A stretch of DNA of 64,000 bases from an uncultured Candidatus Saccharibacteria bacterium (GCA_964397855.1 CAYNKQ010000002.1:3884-67883), one strand, 5' to 3'. Shown: positions 26,347 through 36,020, counted from the first letter of the stretch. Numbers and translations: made by a program. The notes: a model not told the origin generated them from the letters alone.

Positions 26347-26715
26347 TTAGATCTTGCTCACCAACGTAAGTAGATCAAATGTCGTAATTAGCGTCACTAC
26401 AGATACGACCACGTAGACAGCCAATGCACCAATAGCAAACAAGCGGTTCCCTTTATGAAGTCGGTGAGCGATAAAAATCATTGCCCCAAGCCCAAGTAGC
26501 GAAAAAAGCGATAAACTATACAATGTGTACCAACTAGAGGTATGCAGCACGCTGCCATCGTTCTTTATGTACTGAACTGGTACCTTGAAGTCATGACTTT
26601 TGAGCAGCACAAACGTGGCTACAACAGTAATAAATGATACCGCTGCGTTGGCGACGATAAGCACTGTGACAGGTTTATCTTTTGTAAATTGTACGGGTTC
26701 AGTAGTTTTTTCCAT
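26347..26715 (-). CDS. Small 4-TM membrane protein abutting the GT2 synthase
   Basis: 122 aa. Its stop codon directly abuts the GT2 start codon (26347/26346). Confidence 0.6.
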   Translation of the reverse strand: MEKTTEPVQFTKDKPVTVLIVANAAVSFITVVATFVLLKSHDFKVPVQYIKNDGSVLHTSSWYTLYSLSLFSLLGLGAMIFIAHRLHKGNRLFAIGALAVYVVVSVVTLITTFDLLTLVSKI

Positions 26716-26773
26716 TATTGTACCTACGATTATACTCTATATTTATGCAATTCTATCTTGAAAACATAAGTTA

Positions 26774-26850
26774 TGGAGCCGCCTCGGGGATTCGAACCCC
26801 GGACCCCCACTTTACGAAAGTGGTGCTCTAGCCAACTGAGCTAAGGCGGC
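26774..26850 (-). tRNA. tRNA-Thr (anticodon CGU), discriminator U73, CCA encoded
   Basis: Minus strand GCCGCCU-UA-GCUC-AGUUGGCUA-GAGC-A-CCACU-UUCGUAA-AGUGG-GGGUC-CGGGG-UUCGAAU-CCCCG-AGGCGGC-U-CCA. Confidence 0.9.
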
Positions 26851-27057
26851 CCGTTAGAACCCCACCTAGCTCTCGCTTCCCTTTTGGGAAAAGCTTCGAT
26901 TTACGCTGGGTCCTCGTTCTCAATCCAAAAACTGTGCTACTCCTTTTTTTGAATTGGGCTGAGACAATTGTAGCAGATCAACTATGCACGTCGAACCGTT
27001 GCATTCCAGATGAAAAATTGCTACTATACTCTAGTCTTTCTCAGTAATTGCTGACGA

Positions 27058-27133
27058 GGGCCCGTAGTGTAGTGGTTATCACGCCTCCCTGTCACGGAGG
27101 AGATCGCCGGTTCAAGTCCGGTCGGGCCCGCCA
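27058..27133 (+). tRNA. tRNA-Asp (anticodon GUC), CCA encoded
   Basis: GGGCCCG-UA-GUGU-AGUGGUUAUCAC-G-CCUCC-CUGUCAC-GGAGG-AGAUC-GCCGG-UUCAAGU-CCGGU-CGGGCCC-G-CCA. Confidence 0.92.
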
Positions 27134-27188
27134 AGTTGACTTACTATCATTTTTATGGTAGTATTTTTATGTAAAGAATTAAAACAAA

Positions 27189-27641
27189 ATGTCTCATCAA
27201 GCTGAACAATTAGATATTCACACTGTCGGGGGCCCACGCGAAGTCGATATGGCAGCCAGGCTCATAGTCAGTGAACTCTGGCACAACCCTACACCCAAAC
27301 CAGCAACGGTGGAATATGCCAAAAAACGCCTTGTTGGGATGGATCAACTCCAAATCGGAGCCTTTGATAGCAACGGCCAGATGGTGGGAGTAGCTGGTCT
27401 GGCTAACGGAAGTACCCTGGAAGAGCAAAAGTGGGCGTTGGTTGTTGATGTGGCGACCATTAGTAATAAGCGGCGTTCAGGTATTGGGACCGCTGTTATG
27501 GGTGCAGTGCATGAGCTTGCCAGAAGCCAAGGGATCGAAGAGACTGTGATTGTCTCACCTACTAAGGCAGGGGGGGCTTTATATAGGAGGCTGGGCTATC
27601 AGTGGGATAATCATGCTGATGCTTACCGTAAAACTCTGTAG
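27189..27641 (+). CDS. GNAT-family N-acetyltransferase
   Basis: 150 aa. Acetyl-CoA-binding-type segment NKRRSGIGTAVMGAVHELARSQGI...ALYRRLGY. Confidence 0.8.
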   Translation: MSHQAEQLDIHTVGGPREVDMAARLIVSELWHNPTPKPATVEYAKKRLVGMDQLQIGAFDSNGQMVGVAGLANGSTLEEQKWALVVDVATISNKRRSGIGTAVMGAVHELARSQGIEETVIVSPTKAGGALYRRLGYQWDNHADAYRKTL

Positions 27642-27664
27642 AAGTTAATTCAACTACTATGAAA

Positions 27665-28720
27665 CTACTGCTGCGTTTCGCCGTCACTAGACAGTTTTAT
27701 GTATTCACTCACCTTATTTTGTGAGCGGTATTCTTTTAGGTACTGCCCCATGTCTTTCACCTTTATTCGAATAACAGAAGCCTTCACTCGCGTTTCGTCT
27801 ACTCTTTCCGAAACGGTAACAACAAAGTAGTCGCTTGAAGTTGCAATCACACCACTCACCTGTCCTGGCTGGAGCTTGAATAGTGCGTCTGAAACTTCTT
27901 GCGGTAAATTAGCTCGGCCTTTCTCTACTACACCAATATCACCACCGAGCTGCTTGGTCTCTAAATCTTCAGAGCTACTTTTTGCTACCTCAGCAAATGG
28001 CTTGCCGCCCATGACTTCACCAAGTGCCGCGGCCGCCCGCTTTGGAGCTTCTTTATCTAGTTGGTGAGCAACCTTCTGACGAAGAATGTTGTCTTTAATA
28101 TAACGACGTAGTTCTGGTTCGGTAAAGTTGAAGCTTTCACCAAGGATTTTACTTAAATCACCACCACTTAATTTTATACGTGCCACGACTGTATCAATTT
28201 CTTCATTTGAAACGGAGACTTTATTCTCTTTCGCTAGTGCGTGAGCAATAGTGTTGGTCATAGCCTTGTCTAGCGCAGAACGCTTTAGATAATCTATTTG
28301 GCGTTTACCATCAGGAGACTTAAGATCCGTGGTTCCGTATTTTTCTTGCCAATGCACAGACGAACCAAGTTCAAAAAGGTAGCTTTCGTAAGAAGTATGG
28401 TTTCCATTAACTTTAGCTATCGGATATGGAAGTACGCTAGTTACACTGTGAGTAAAGTCGCTAGTACTCTGCCACTTATAAAGTTGCAGCCCAGAAACTC
28501 CGCCTAGTAAGATCAGTGCAAGCGCCACTAGAACTAAAGAGGTCAGTGCAACACGGTGTTTTGAACGATGAAATGGATATTTGAATTGTCTACCTTTGCT
28601 CAGTACCTGGTCACGATGGTGCGAAACGGTATCATTAGTCACACGAGATTCTTGAGCAGTAGACTCTGCCCCGCTTGAGACAGGCTTTTTGAACTTACTC
28701 AACAATTTGGGCTTCTTCAT
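27665..28720 (-). CDS. Membrane-anchored parvulin-type peptidyl-prolyl isomerase (PrsA/SurA-like)
   Basis: 351 aa. TM LTSLVLVALALILLGGV. C-terminal PPIC domain GGDIGVVEKGRANLPQEVSDALFKLQPGQVSGVIATSSDYFVVTV. Confidence 0.8.
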   Translation of the reverse strand: MKKPKLLSKFKKPVSSGAESTAQESRVTNDTVSHHRDQVLSKGRQFKYPFHRSKHRVALTSLVLVALALILLGGVSGLQLYKWQSTSDFTHSVTSVLPYPIAKVNGNHTSYESYLFELGSSVHWQEKYGTTDLKSPDGKRQIDYLKRSALDKAMTNTIAHALAKENKVSVSNEEIDTVVARIKLSGGDLSKILGESFNFTEPELRRYIKDNILRQKVAHQLDKEAPKRAAAALGEVMGGKPFAEVAKSSSEDLETKQLGGDIGVVEKGRANLPQEVSDALFKLQPGQVSGVIATSSDYFVVTVSERVDETRVKASVIRIKVKDMGQYLKEYRSQNKVSEYIKLSSDGETQQ

Positions 28721-29237
28721 CTAGATCCACTCCGCTTTCTTTTATTGCCATTACGATCTTGCTCTGCGTTTCAGCTGGGTGCGGTACTTTTGTCAGTAAA
28801 AAATCCCCCACCAAGGTTTGTATAATTATTGTACCAAATCCAAGTAGGGTTTCTATCATTCCGTGTACTTCATAATTGACACTCAGGATGCGAGAAAGTG
28901 AGATATCATTAACGCTGCGACTTTTAAATACACCTTTCTGGGTAAACTGAATGAATCGCTGGTTAGTCACAATACAGACGCTGTAATTCCAACCAATCCA
29001 GTAGTAAAATAGCCCGATGCCCCCGATCAGTAAACCATAGCCTATAGGTGAAAGGAACTGAATGAAAAAGTCACCCATGGTGACCACATTTCTGCTCATA
29101 AACATACCGACGAGTGCGCCCCCCAAGATAGCCACCATAAGAATAATCAGGCCTTTTCGCATAACTATAGGGTGTTTTTTAAACACAAATAGCACTTCTT
29201 CGTCAGGGAACTGACCCTTAAATTCTGTCTTTGACAC
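28695..29237 (-). CDS. Bacterial PH-domain (YdbT/DUF304-like) membrane protein
   Basis: 180 aa. FPDEEVLFVFKKHPIVMRKG, two TM helices, then CIVTNQRFIQFTQKGVFKSRSVNDISLSRI. Overlaps the downstream gene by 26 nt. Confidence 0.65.
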   Translation of the reverse strand: MSKTEFKGQFPDEEVLFVFKKHPIVMRKGLIILMVAILGGALVGMFMSRNVVTMGDFFIQFLSPIGYGLLIGGIGLFYYWIGWNYSVCIVTNQRFIQFTQKGVFKSRSVNDISLSRILSVNYEVHGMIETLLGFGTIIIQTLVGDFLLTKVPHPAETQSKIVMAIKESGVDLDEEAQIVE

Positions 29238-29308
29238 TGCTGACTCCTGTTTTAGCGACTTGTTCGATACCCATATTATACGCTACCAAATGATATATTC
29301 GCATATGC

Positions 29309-29635
29309 TTATGATACAGCTTGTTGTTTTTGCCACACAGAAATAAGCCCGGGTTTATCCTCCGCATTTTTGAGCTCATCAGCTAGTGCTTCAGATATCT
29401 CTGCAACGGTGTCGGGATATTCGGGGTATACATTTTCAAGCCATTCTATTTGCGCATCTTCGGCTTCAATCGCTTCAAACTCATCTATCTGAGCCTCAGA
29501 AAGAAGCTCCGCGATTGAATACCCAACACGCATCTCCCATTCGGTGTTCACCACCTCTACAAGACTTTCAACGTCGGGATGATTCGCTTCAATACCGTTA
29601 TCTTGTAACCACTGCTTATCTATTGTTGCTGACAT
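29309..29635 (-). CDS. Small acidic hypothetical protein
   Basis: I place the start at ATG 29635 (SD AGGAGA 5 nt upstream) rather than 29692. Sequence MSATIDKQWLQDNGIEANHPDVESLVEVVNTEWEMRVGYSIAELLSEAQIDEFE. Confidence 0.55.
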   Translation of the reverse strand: MSATIDKQWLQDNGIEANHPDVESLVEVVNTEWEMRVGYSIAELLSEAQIDEFEAIEAEDAQIEWLENVYPEYPDTVAEISEALADELKNAEDKPGLISVWQKQQAVS

Positions 29636-29749
29636 ACTATTCTCCTGAAATAATTTTAACATCTGAAAAGAATATCTATGGCACGAGTACATTAAACTTA
29701 CACAAAATAACTCTCTGATTATTAAGTGCGGGGATCACTGGGCATGGCT

Positions 29750-30829
29750 CTAGGGTTCTGACAAAGGTACTGATTTGAGAGAGGAGAGAACCCTTATTAC
29801 GTCGCTGTTCTCAGTGCGGCTATTTACGGGCTCAAGTGTACTAAAAGTTATCAGCGTGTCTCCAATAGGTACATATCCAATCGTTCGGATCGAATGCCGA
29901 TTGTAGGCAATGTATATCGGCTCACCTCGAGAAGTCGCTCCAATCTGCGTACACGATTGCGTGATACCCCTAGGGTCGCCCAGTGGCCGCTCAATCCCAC
30001 AGTTAGTAGGTGGTTTAAAATACTTGGGCATCTTAAAACTTAACACTTCATAAGATGACACACGCTGGCCGGGCGTTTCGTTAGACTTAGTGCTATACCT
30101 AAACTCATAGGCTAGCTCGTCCTTCGTGAGAGAAAAAAGATCTAGACTTGATGGTTCTTGGCTATATCCATTCTTAATGTATGTGGGCTTATAAATAGTG
30201 AAATCAATGGCAGCTCGAGCCTGGTCTTCCATCTGAGCCAACTGCTGCTTGGACTCTCGCGTTTGAATACTGGCGATAACACCCGTAAATAAGATAGCTA
30301 CCAGGATTAGTGCTGTAATGATGCCAGCCTCTGCAAGCGTCGCAATATATTGCTTAGAGTAAAAGGATCTACTCAACTTGGTTATAAACAAAAAATGTAG
30401 CAGCGCAAACAGGCCAGTACCCAGTGGCAATACAAATAAAACTGGAATACGCCAGGGCGCCCACATAGTACTAACGCCAATTCTCGAAAAAAGTATATAG
30501 AAGATGGCAAACGTTGCCAAAGTACTCAGCGAAAGCAGTAACGGTCTTGGTATCCCACCGCGACGTAGTATGAAATACAGCATTACCAGTGATACAAGCA
30601 ATGCGACTGGCAATATGAAGACCACAAAAATTACGCTCGAAAAATTAATCCAACCGCGCTGGTCACCCCCCAAGAAGATACCACCACAGATCGCGGGTAT
30701 CAAGGAGACTAATACAGTGCCCACAAAAACACGGAGCACTGCATGCTTGTTTTCTGGTCCAGCCAACAAGGTCTCTGGAACCTTGCCTGGCGTTTCAGCA
30801 GATGATTGATGTGTATCGTTTTCTAACAT
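29750..30829 (-). CDS. Polytopic membrane protein with a C-terminal extracytoplasmic domain (hypothetical)
   Basis: About 359 aa from ATG 30829; the track start 30889 is TTG. About 6 TM helices, then a ~170-aa soluble domain. Confidence 0.6.
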   Translation of the reverse strand: MLENDTHQSSAETPGKVPETLLAGPENKHAVLRVFVGTVLVSLIPAICGGIFLGGDQRGWINFSSVIFVVFILPVALLVSLVMLYFILRRGGIPRPLLLSLSTLATFAIFYILFSRIGVSTMWAPWRIPVLFVLPLGTGLFALLHFLFITKLSRSFYSKQYIATLAEAGIITALILVAILFTGVIASIQTRESKQQLAQMEDQARAAIDFTIYKPTYIKNGYSQEPSSLDLFSLTKDELAYEFRYSTKSNETPGQRVSSYEVLSFKMPKYFKPPTNCGIERPLGDPRGITQSCTQIGATSRGEPIYIAYNRHSIRTIGYVPIGDTLITFSTLEPVNSRTENSDVIRVLSSLKSVPLSEP

Positions 30830-30860
30830 AGTGTTTCCAAAATTTAGAGCCTCACTAAAT

Positions 30861-31061
30861 CTATTTCTTAACAAAACATTTACGACCAATTATTTCACCG
30901 GGGCAATATCCGCAACCCGGGAGTAGTGCATCACATATACCATCTGGGTTGTAGTTTTTAATCTCACTTCTTTGCTCTTTAGTCCCCGTCCCATACTGTG
31001 ACATGAAAATACAAATTGTTGCCACAAGAAGCAGAACTAGAAGAAGATGTTTTTTCTTCAT
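30861..31061 (-). CDS. Small secreted Cys-rich peptide (66-aa precursor)
   Basis: Signal-like MKKKHLLLVLLLVATICIFMS. The mature part carries 4 Cys: ...DGICDALLPGCGYCPGEIIGRKCFVKK. Lies immediately upstream of the polytopic membrane protein. Confidence 0.5.
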   Translation of the reverse strand: MKKKHLLLVLLLVATICIFMSQYGTGTKEQRSEIKNYNPDGICDALLPGCGYCPGEIIGRKCFVKK

Positions 31062-31117
31062 GAATAAACTATATCAAAAAAAGTGCGTTTGCGTATTAAC
31101 TTAAGCGTAAGATCTGT

Positions 31118-31192
31118 TGGTACCCCCGAGAGGAATCGAACCTCTATTTTCTCCTTAGGACGGAGTAGTTCTATCCATTGAACTACAGGGGC
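31118..31192 (-). tRNA. tRNA-Arg (anticodon CCU), CCA encoded
   Basis: Minus strand GCCCCUG-UA-GUUC-AAUGGAUA-GAAC-U-ACUCC-GUCCUAA-GGAGA-AAAU-AGAGG-UUCGAUU-CCUCU-CGGGGGU-A-CCA. Has a G1-U72 wobble and one 27-43 mismatch. Confidence 0.85.
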
Positions 31193-31244
31193 ATGATGCA
31201 AGTATATCACCGTCCAAATGACATACTTGCCTAAAGGATGCTGA

Positions 31245-31784
31245 TTATTTTTTAGAAGCAGTTGGGCGAGGCTTGCCCACAACCCTGCCTCGGACTACTG
31301 GGCCCTGAGCAGTATCGTAATCACCATATACTTCGTCATCTTTAAACCAAAGCTTGATTTCTTGCTTGGCTTCTTCAGCGTTCCCTGAGGCGTGGACGAT
31401 ATTAGGCAAGGTTGCGCCTATAGGATTGGTGTACTCAAGGGTAATGTGCGTGTAGTCGCCCCTGATAGTTCCTGGCGCAGAGTCTTTAGGATCTGTTGTA
31501 CCAACCATTTTTCGAACATGAAAAACAGCTTCGACGCCTTCAAGTACAAAGACTATCACAGGCGTTTCCGTCATTTGCTTGAGTGTAACGTTATAGATGT
31601 CTTCACCCCAACGACTAATCAAGCCGCTGATGCCCTCGTAATGCTTATGAAAGTGAAGTTCATCTGGTGCGATCATCTTCATTGCAACAATTTTTAATCC
31701 AGCCTTCTCGAAACGAGAGATAACTTCCCCAATAATACCCCTTTGAATTGTGTCTGGCTTAAGAATGATAAGCGTACGTTCCAT
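31245..31784 (-). CDS. ndk: Nucleoside diphosphate kinase with a ~30-aa C-terminal extension
   Basis: MERTLIILKPDTIQRGIIGEVISRFEKAGLKIVAMKM ... NIVHASGNAEEAKQEIKLWF. Confidence 0.9.
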   Translation of the reverse strand: MERTLIILKPDTIQRGIIGEVISRFEKAGLKIVAMKMIAPDELHFHKHYEGISGLISRWGEDIYNVTLKQMTETPVIVFVLEGVEAVFHVRKMVGTTDPKDSAPGTIRGDYTHITLEYTNPIGATLPNIVHASGNAEEAKQEIKLWFKDDEVYGDYDTAQGPVVRGRVVGKPRPTASKK

Positions 31785-31826
31785 GAATCTCCTATGTAAT
31801 TATTTGTGATGAACTTTAGTATTATA

Positions 31827-32654
31827 TTAGATTATTTTAACAGATATGAGCGCAATCAACACTACTGCAAGCGCAATTCGATACCAACCAAACCAGACAA
31901 GACCTTTTTTCTCTAAGATCTTAAGAAGAATATGTATTGCTGCTACGCCTGTAACAAATGATATTACGTTAGCAACAACAAATGCCGTAGTTTGAGTTTG
32001 AACAAAATTCATACCTTCATCACTAACCAGAACCTTCAGTGAGGCACCGGCTATGACAGGGATGCTCATTAAAAAACTCCACTCGGCAGCTACTTTAGTC
32101 TTAAAGCCTAGTTTTGTTGCCATCAACATAGTTACGCCGGATCGAGATGAGCCAGATATTAACGAAACACACTGGGCCAGACCGATAAAAAGAGCTTGTC
32201 GGTAGCTAATCTTATGAAGATCATAATTTACTCCGAGTTTTTCCTGGGGTTTCCATCGTGAAGAAAATACCATAAGAGCTCCAATAAATAACAGCATAAA
32301 AACAGCTGTGACGGTATTATGTAAGTACTTCTGGATGAAATCTTGCAGCGTAAACCCAACAATCACCGCAGGTATGCTGGCGACTACGAGCTTAAGCGTC
32401 AGGCTGAGATCACGACGGCGTACTATATCCATAACTATCTCTAGGATCCTTTTACGGTAATAGATTAAGACCGCCAGTAGTGTCCCGAAACTCACCAGTA
32501 CGTCGAATTCAAAAGAACTTGGATTTTGTAGTACTCGACTCGCGATAAGAACATGTCCCGAGCTTGATACCGGCAGGAATTCAGTGACACCCTGAATGAC
32601 ACCCAATACTATGATTGTAATTATATTCATATACATTAGTGTACTCGCTTGCAC
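31827..32654 (-). CDS. uppP: Undecaprenyl-diphosphate phosphatase
   Basis: GVIQGVTEFLPVSSSGH and SGSSRSGVTM motifs. The start may be one of the downstream Met codons (M7/M9). Confidence 0.9.
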   Translation of the reverse strand: MQASTLMYMNIITIIVLGVIQGVTEFLPVSSSGHVLIASRVLQNPSSFEFDVLVSFGTLLAVLIYYRKRILEIVMDIVRRRDLSLTLKLVVASIPAVIVGFTLQDFIQKYLHNTVTAVFMLLFIGALMVFSSRWKPQEKLGVNYDLHKISYRQALFIGLAQCVSLISGSSRSGVTMLMATKLGFKTKVAAEWSFLMSIPVIAGASLKVLVSDEGMNFVQTQTTAFVVANVISFVTGVAAIHILLKILEKKGLVWFGWYRIALAVVLIALISVKII

Positions 32655-32773
32655 TAGTTAATGTGAATAGATATCGGCTAAATTAAAGATCTCTGAACAC
32701 ATATTGCCATCTAAAACATAGAGACTAGTCAATACCTCTGGTGTTTTGCTTATGGTTTGACTAGACTATAGTT

Positions 32774-33700
32774 ATGAGCCATTACCTTTCAGATACCATT
32801 ATCGAGTTTCTTGAGTACCTTGAAATTGAACAAAATCGCTCGCAAAAGACTATAGCTAACTACCACCATTACCTCATGCGATTAGTCGAATTTGCTGGTG
32901 ATGAGCCGGTGAACACAATAAATATAGAAACCGTTAGAAAGTGGCGACTCTGGCTCAACAGGTTACACGACTCTCACGGTGATGAGATCTCTATAACAAC
33001 TCAGAACTACCACCTTATTGCCCTTCGCAGTTTTTTAAAATTTTGTTCAAAACGAGAAATCACAACATTACCCCCTGAGAAAATAGAGCTCGCACGAATA
33101 AAACGAAAACGAGTAACATTTTTGAATCAGGAAGAGCTTGAAGCACTTTTTGCGCAGCCCGAAGTGAACACAAAAATTGGTCTCCGTGACAGAACTATCC
33201 TGGAACTCCTTTTTAGTGGCGGCCTGCGTGTCTCCGAGTTAGTTGCGTTAGACATTGGCCATGTGAGCACAAAAAGACGGGAGTTCACCGTCCGCGGGAA
33301 AGGTCAGAAAGACCGTCCAATATTCATGAGTGAATCAGCAGCGATTTGGATAGATACCTACCTAGAACAACGAGGTGACAGCTCCCCTGCTTTATTTATT
33401 CGCTATGGGGGCGCTAAAGAACAAGACACCACTGGCGACTTTCTTCGTCTTACCCCAAGAAGTATTCAAAGAATAATCGCCCGCTACGCAAAACTGGCTG
33501 GAATCACAAAAAAAGTTTCACCCCACACCCTCCGTCACAGCTTTGCTACAGATCTACTAATGAACGGGGCTGACATTCGAAGTGTTCAGACTATGCTCGG
33601 CCACAGTGACATCTCGACTACACAAATATACACCCACGTCACCGACCAGCATCTCAAAGATGTCCATAAAAAATTCCATCAAGATATCATCATAAAGTAA
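32774..33700 (+). CDS. XerC/XerD-family tyrosine recombinase
   Basis: 308 aa. SAM-like N-domain, LFSGGLRVSEL, HTLRHSFATDLLMNGADIRSVQTMLGHSDISTTQIYTHV (R..HxxR..Y). Confidence 0.88.
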   Translation: MSHYLSDTIIEFLEYLEIEQNRSQKTIANYHHYLMRLVEFAGDEPVNTINIETVRKWRLWLNRLHDSHGDEISITTQNYHLIALRSFLKFCSKREITTLPPEKIELARIKRKRVTFLNQEELEALFAQPEVNTKIGLRDRTILELLFSGGLRVSELVALDIGHVSTKRREFTVRGKGQKDRPIFMSESAAIWIDTYLEQRGDSSPALFIRYGGAKEQDTTGDFLRLTPRSIQRIIARYAKLAGITKKVSPHTLRHSFATDLLMNGADIRSVQTMLGHSDISTTQIYTHVTDQHLKDVHKKFHQDIIIK

Positions 33701-33708
33701 CTACCCGA

Positions 33709-34848
33709 CTAGGGAGTGCAGTTAGATTTAAACGAAAGTGGATTGACGCCAAGGGAGTAGTTTTTACAAATGCCCTCGCCAGCCACTATTGAAGCGTCTG
33801 GCGTACTATCATAAGCAAATTCACCGCCAATACTCACGTCTTGCTGAATGCGTCGAAAAATATTCCCTCCCGCTTTGCCGGTTACGTCAATTGTTATTAA
33901 CGAATCCTTTAGCGATACTTCTTGCTCGCTAGCTCCAGAACCACTGATGAGTTTTACACTAAAATCTGTGCCACTATAAAATGTACTGAGACGAAGGTAA
34001 ATGGCCTGCGCATTAAAGTCGTACCCACTCCCTAGATTTATATCTTGGTAACACGAGTAATCTCCTCCCTTAAAACCTGCCGGGATAGAGTCAGAGTTGT
34101 AGCACGAAGCATTAGTGAATAATTTTGCTTGCTGAGACTCCAGTGATTCAGACGTAGTAAATACTTGGGAACCGCCGTGAGCAACAACCGTTGGGTTAAG
34201 AAATGTAACCCGCTGTTGCGTCTGACTGCTATTTGCGCTCGCAATCGGTCTATTGACTAGCGTCGCCCTCAGTAGGGGGTGAATTGGACGATTATTATCA
34301 ATTACAGAACCACTTAGAGCGAACCATCTGTATTTTGGAGGAAATTCAGCGACAGCACCAGTGCGAGCAACACTGGTAACCGGATCGGTTGAGCCATCTT
34401 GCTTCTTTTTTGACCAACTTATTCGGATTGTGAATGGACCGGGCTGTGTGCTATCGGCGGGCAGAATGCGAGTAGTTGCGTTATTCGACCAATTTTCACC
34501 AAGCGAGCCATTGAGAGCCCTTGGATTTACAGTTATAAGTTGGCACGTGTAGCTTAGGCTGTACGCAGTGCCCGAAGCACCTAGTACACCTAGATCATTA
34601 AGCGGTGAGCATGTACTTTTGTTCACTCGCTTCGAAGGATCATTTTTTAGTATTCGAACAGCATCTTGTACCCCAGACTCTGCAGCATAATAAGCCCTGT
34701 TGCCAAGGTCATAGTTTATGGCGTTTTTCTGTTGTGAAACAACCGTACGCACATATACAGTAGCTACAATGGTGATAATAATTGAGAATAAAACGACACT
34801 CAAAAGTGAAACTGCACCAGATTGGTTTAGTTTTTTTGCTCTCTTCAT
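33709..34848 (-). CDS. PilX-like pilus-associated protein (N-terminal hydrophobic helix, large globular domain)
   Basis: 379 aa. GAVSLLSVVLFSIIITIVATVYVRTVVSQQKNAINYDLGNRAYYAAESGVQDAV. Last gene of the prepilin-like run; abuts the upstream stop. Confidence 0.6.
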   Translation of the reverse strand: MKRAKKLNQSGAVSLLSVVLFSIIITIVATVYVRTVVSQQKNAINYDLGNRAYYAAESGVQDAVRILKNDPSKRVNKSTCSPLNDLGVLGASGTAYSLSYTCQLITVNPRALNGSLGENWSNNATTRILPADSTQPGPFTIRISWSKKKQDGSTDPVTSVARTGAVAEFPPKYRWFALSGSVIDNNRPIHPLLRATLVNRPIASANSSQTQQRVTFLNPTVVAHGGSQVFTTSESLESQQAKLFTNASCYNSDSIPAGFKGGDYSCYQDINLGSGYDFNAQAIYLRLSTFYSGTDFSVKLISGSGASEQEVSLKDSLITIDVTGKAGGNIFRRIQQDVSIGGEFAYDSTPDASIVAGEGICKNYSLGVNPLSFKSNCTP

Positions 34849-35499
34849 TTACAGCCTCCTACTACTTGTTACATATCGAAAAGATTCAACGGAGCATGAG
34901 CGAACCGCAACAGTCTGACTCGAGCCTTTGCACGTAATGTTAAATGGATTGTCTTGTAGACCATTAAACGCGTCTGCCGCGCCAGCTGTTAAAACACCAG
35001 CTACTCGATACAATCCCTTAGTACTTTGGTCGCTCGGCGAGTCTACTTTTTCTACAGAAAATGTACGAACCTTGAACCGCTCATCAACAATAACAGTGCG
35101 GTTAGAAGGGTTGGGTGAATCCTTACATGAAGCCGCAGCATCTCTATACAAACCACCTGATACCGAATCTTGGTTTGGCTGAGAAGACACGCTCCAATAA
35201 TACCTAACTCCGTCCATGCATACAGCGCCAAGTCCTTGCTGGCACTTTCCATCACCAATTAGACCACTACAATTTATTACTTCCGTCTGCAAGCCACTAT
35301 TGCGTATATTGCGTGTAATCTCTTCTGTGGTTCGCTGAGAGCTTTCGGAAAGCTCTTTTCTAATAACACCTCGTGTGAATACTCGGTTCATACCGATAAA
35401 GCCGACCGTCGCTATTACCATAACAGAAGTGAACAGTGTCATTGCGAGCAGCAGCTCTATAAGTGTCGTTCCCCGTTCATCACTTAAAATACTTTTCAT
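34849..35499 (-). CDS. Prepilin-type minor pilin
   Basis: MKSILSDERG/TTLIELLLAMTLFTSVMVIA, a class III signal with Glu at +5. 4-nt overlap with the upstream gene. Confidence 0.7.
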   Translation of the reverse strand: MKSILSDERGTTLIELLLAMTLFTSVMVIATVGFIGMNRVFTRGVIRKELSESSQRTTEEITRNIRNSGLQTEVINCSGLIGDGKCQQGLGAVCMDGVRYYWSVSSQPNQDSVSGGLYRDAAASCKDSPNPSNRTVIVDERFKVRTFSVEKVDSPSDQSTKGLYRVAGVLTAGAADAFNGLQDNPFNITCKGSSQTVAVRSCSVESFRYVTSSRRL

Positions 35500-36020
35500 T
35501 TATTCAGCCTTAAAATAACTGTTGAATTTTCTTGTTTTTGGACACCCCCCGTCGAGGTCCAACATGAACGTATATAAAAATCCATGTACCCCGCAGAAGC
35601 TGGCTCCGATACTTCTTGCAACTGCACCCATGTCACAGCGCTATTATCATTAACTTTTAACCGTTTTACGCCATCTTGTGCGGCGACATTCGCATCAAAG
35701 TGAAAACTATTGGCTACAGCGCCATTCACACCTAAGTTATCACACGCATCCGCGGCGGGTGCCGAAGAAACTGAATTGAATACCGTTGAGCCCCCAAATT
35801 TTTTTGAAATAACTTGTGTAGCATCGTTGTTGTACATAGACTTAATAATTTCAGCTTGCTCCTTTATCTGGTTCACCATGACGACGCGCTGACGAGCCGC
35901 CAGACTAAGTTGAGTAGATCGGTTAACAATAGCCCATGAAGTAAATAAAATAGCAGAAAGTAGCGTCATGGAGAGCATGACTTCAATTATAGTGTCACCT
36001 TTAGTAGAGAGTCTGATCAT
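35496..36020 (-). CDS. Prepilin-type minor pilin
   Basis: MIRLSTKG/DTIIEVMLSMTLLSAILF. ATG at 36020 overlaps the upstream TGA (ATGA). Confidence 0.7.
   Translation of the reverse strand: MIRLSTKGDTIIEVMLSMTLLSAILFTSWAIVNRSTQLSLAARQRVVMVNQIKEQAEIIKSMYNNDATQVISKKFGGSTVFNSVSSAPAADACDNLGVNGAVANSFHFDANVAAQDGVKRLKVNDNSAVTWVQLQEVSEPASAGYMDFYIRSCWTSTGGVQKQENSTVILRLNK

Noticed and set aside
31058-31282. 74-aa minus-strand ORF from the track
   Set aside because: It spans tRNA-Arg(CCU) at 31118-31192 and the ndk 3' end, so it is an artefact of an open frame across a tRNA gene.
32774-34848. Idea that the Xer-type recombinase next to the pilin genes drives a shufflon or invertible pilin switch
   Set aside because: The protein looks like a housekeeping XerC/D. 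I found no inverted repeats flanking the pilin genes or their promoter, and no alternative pilin C-terminal cassettes.
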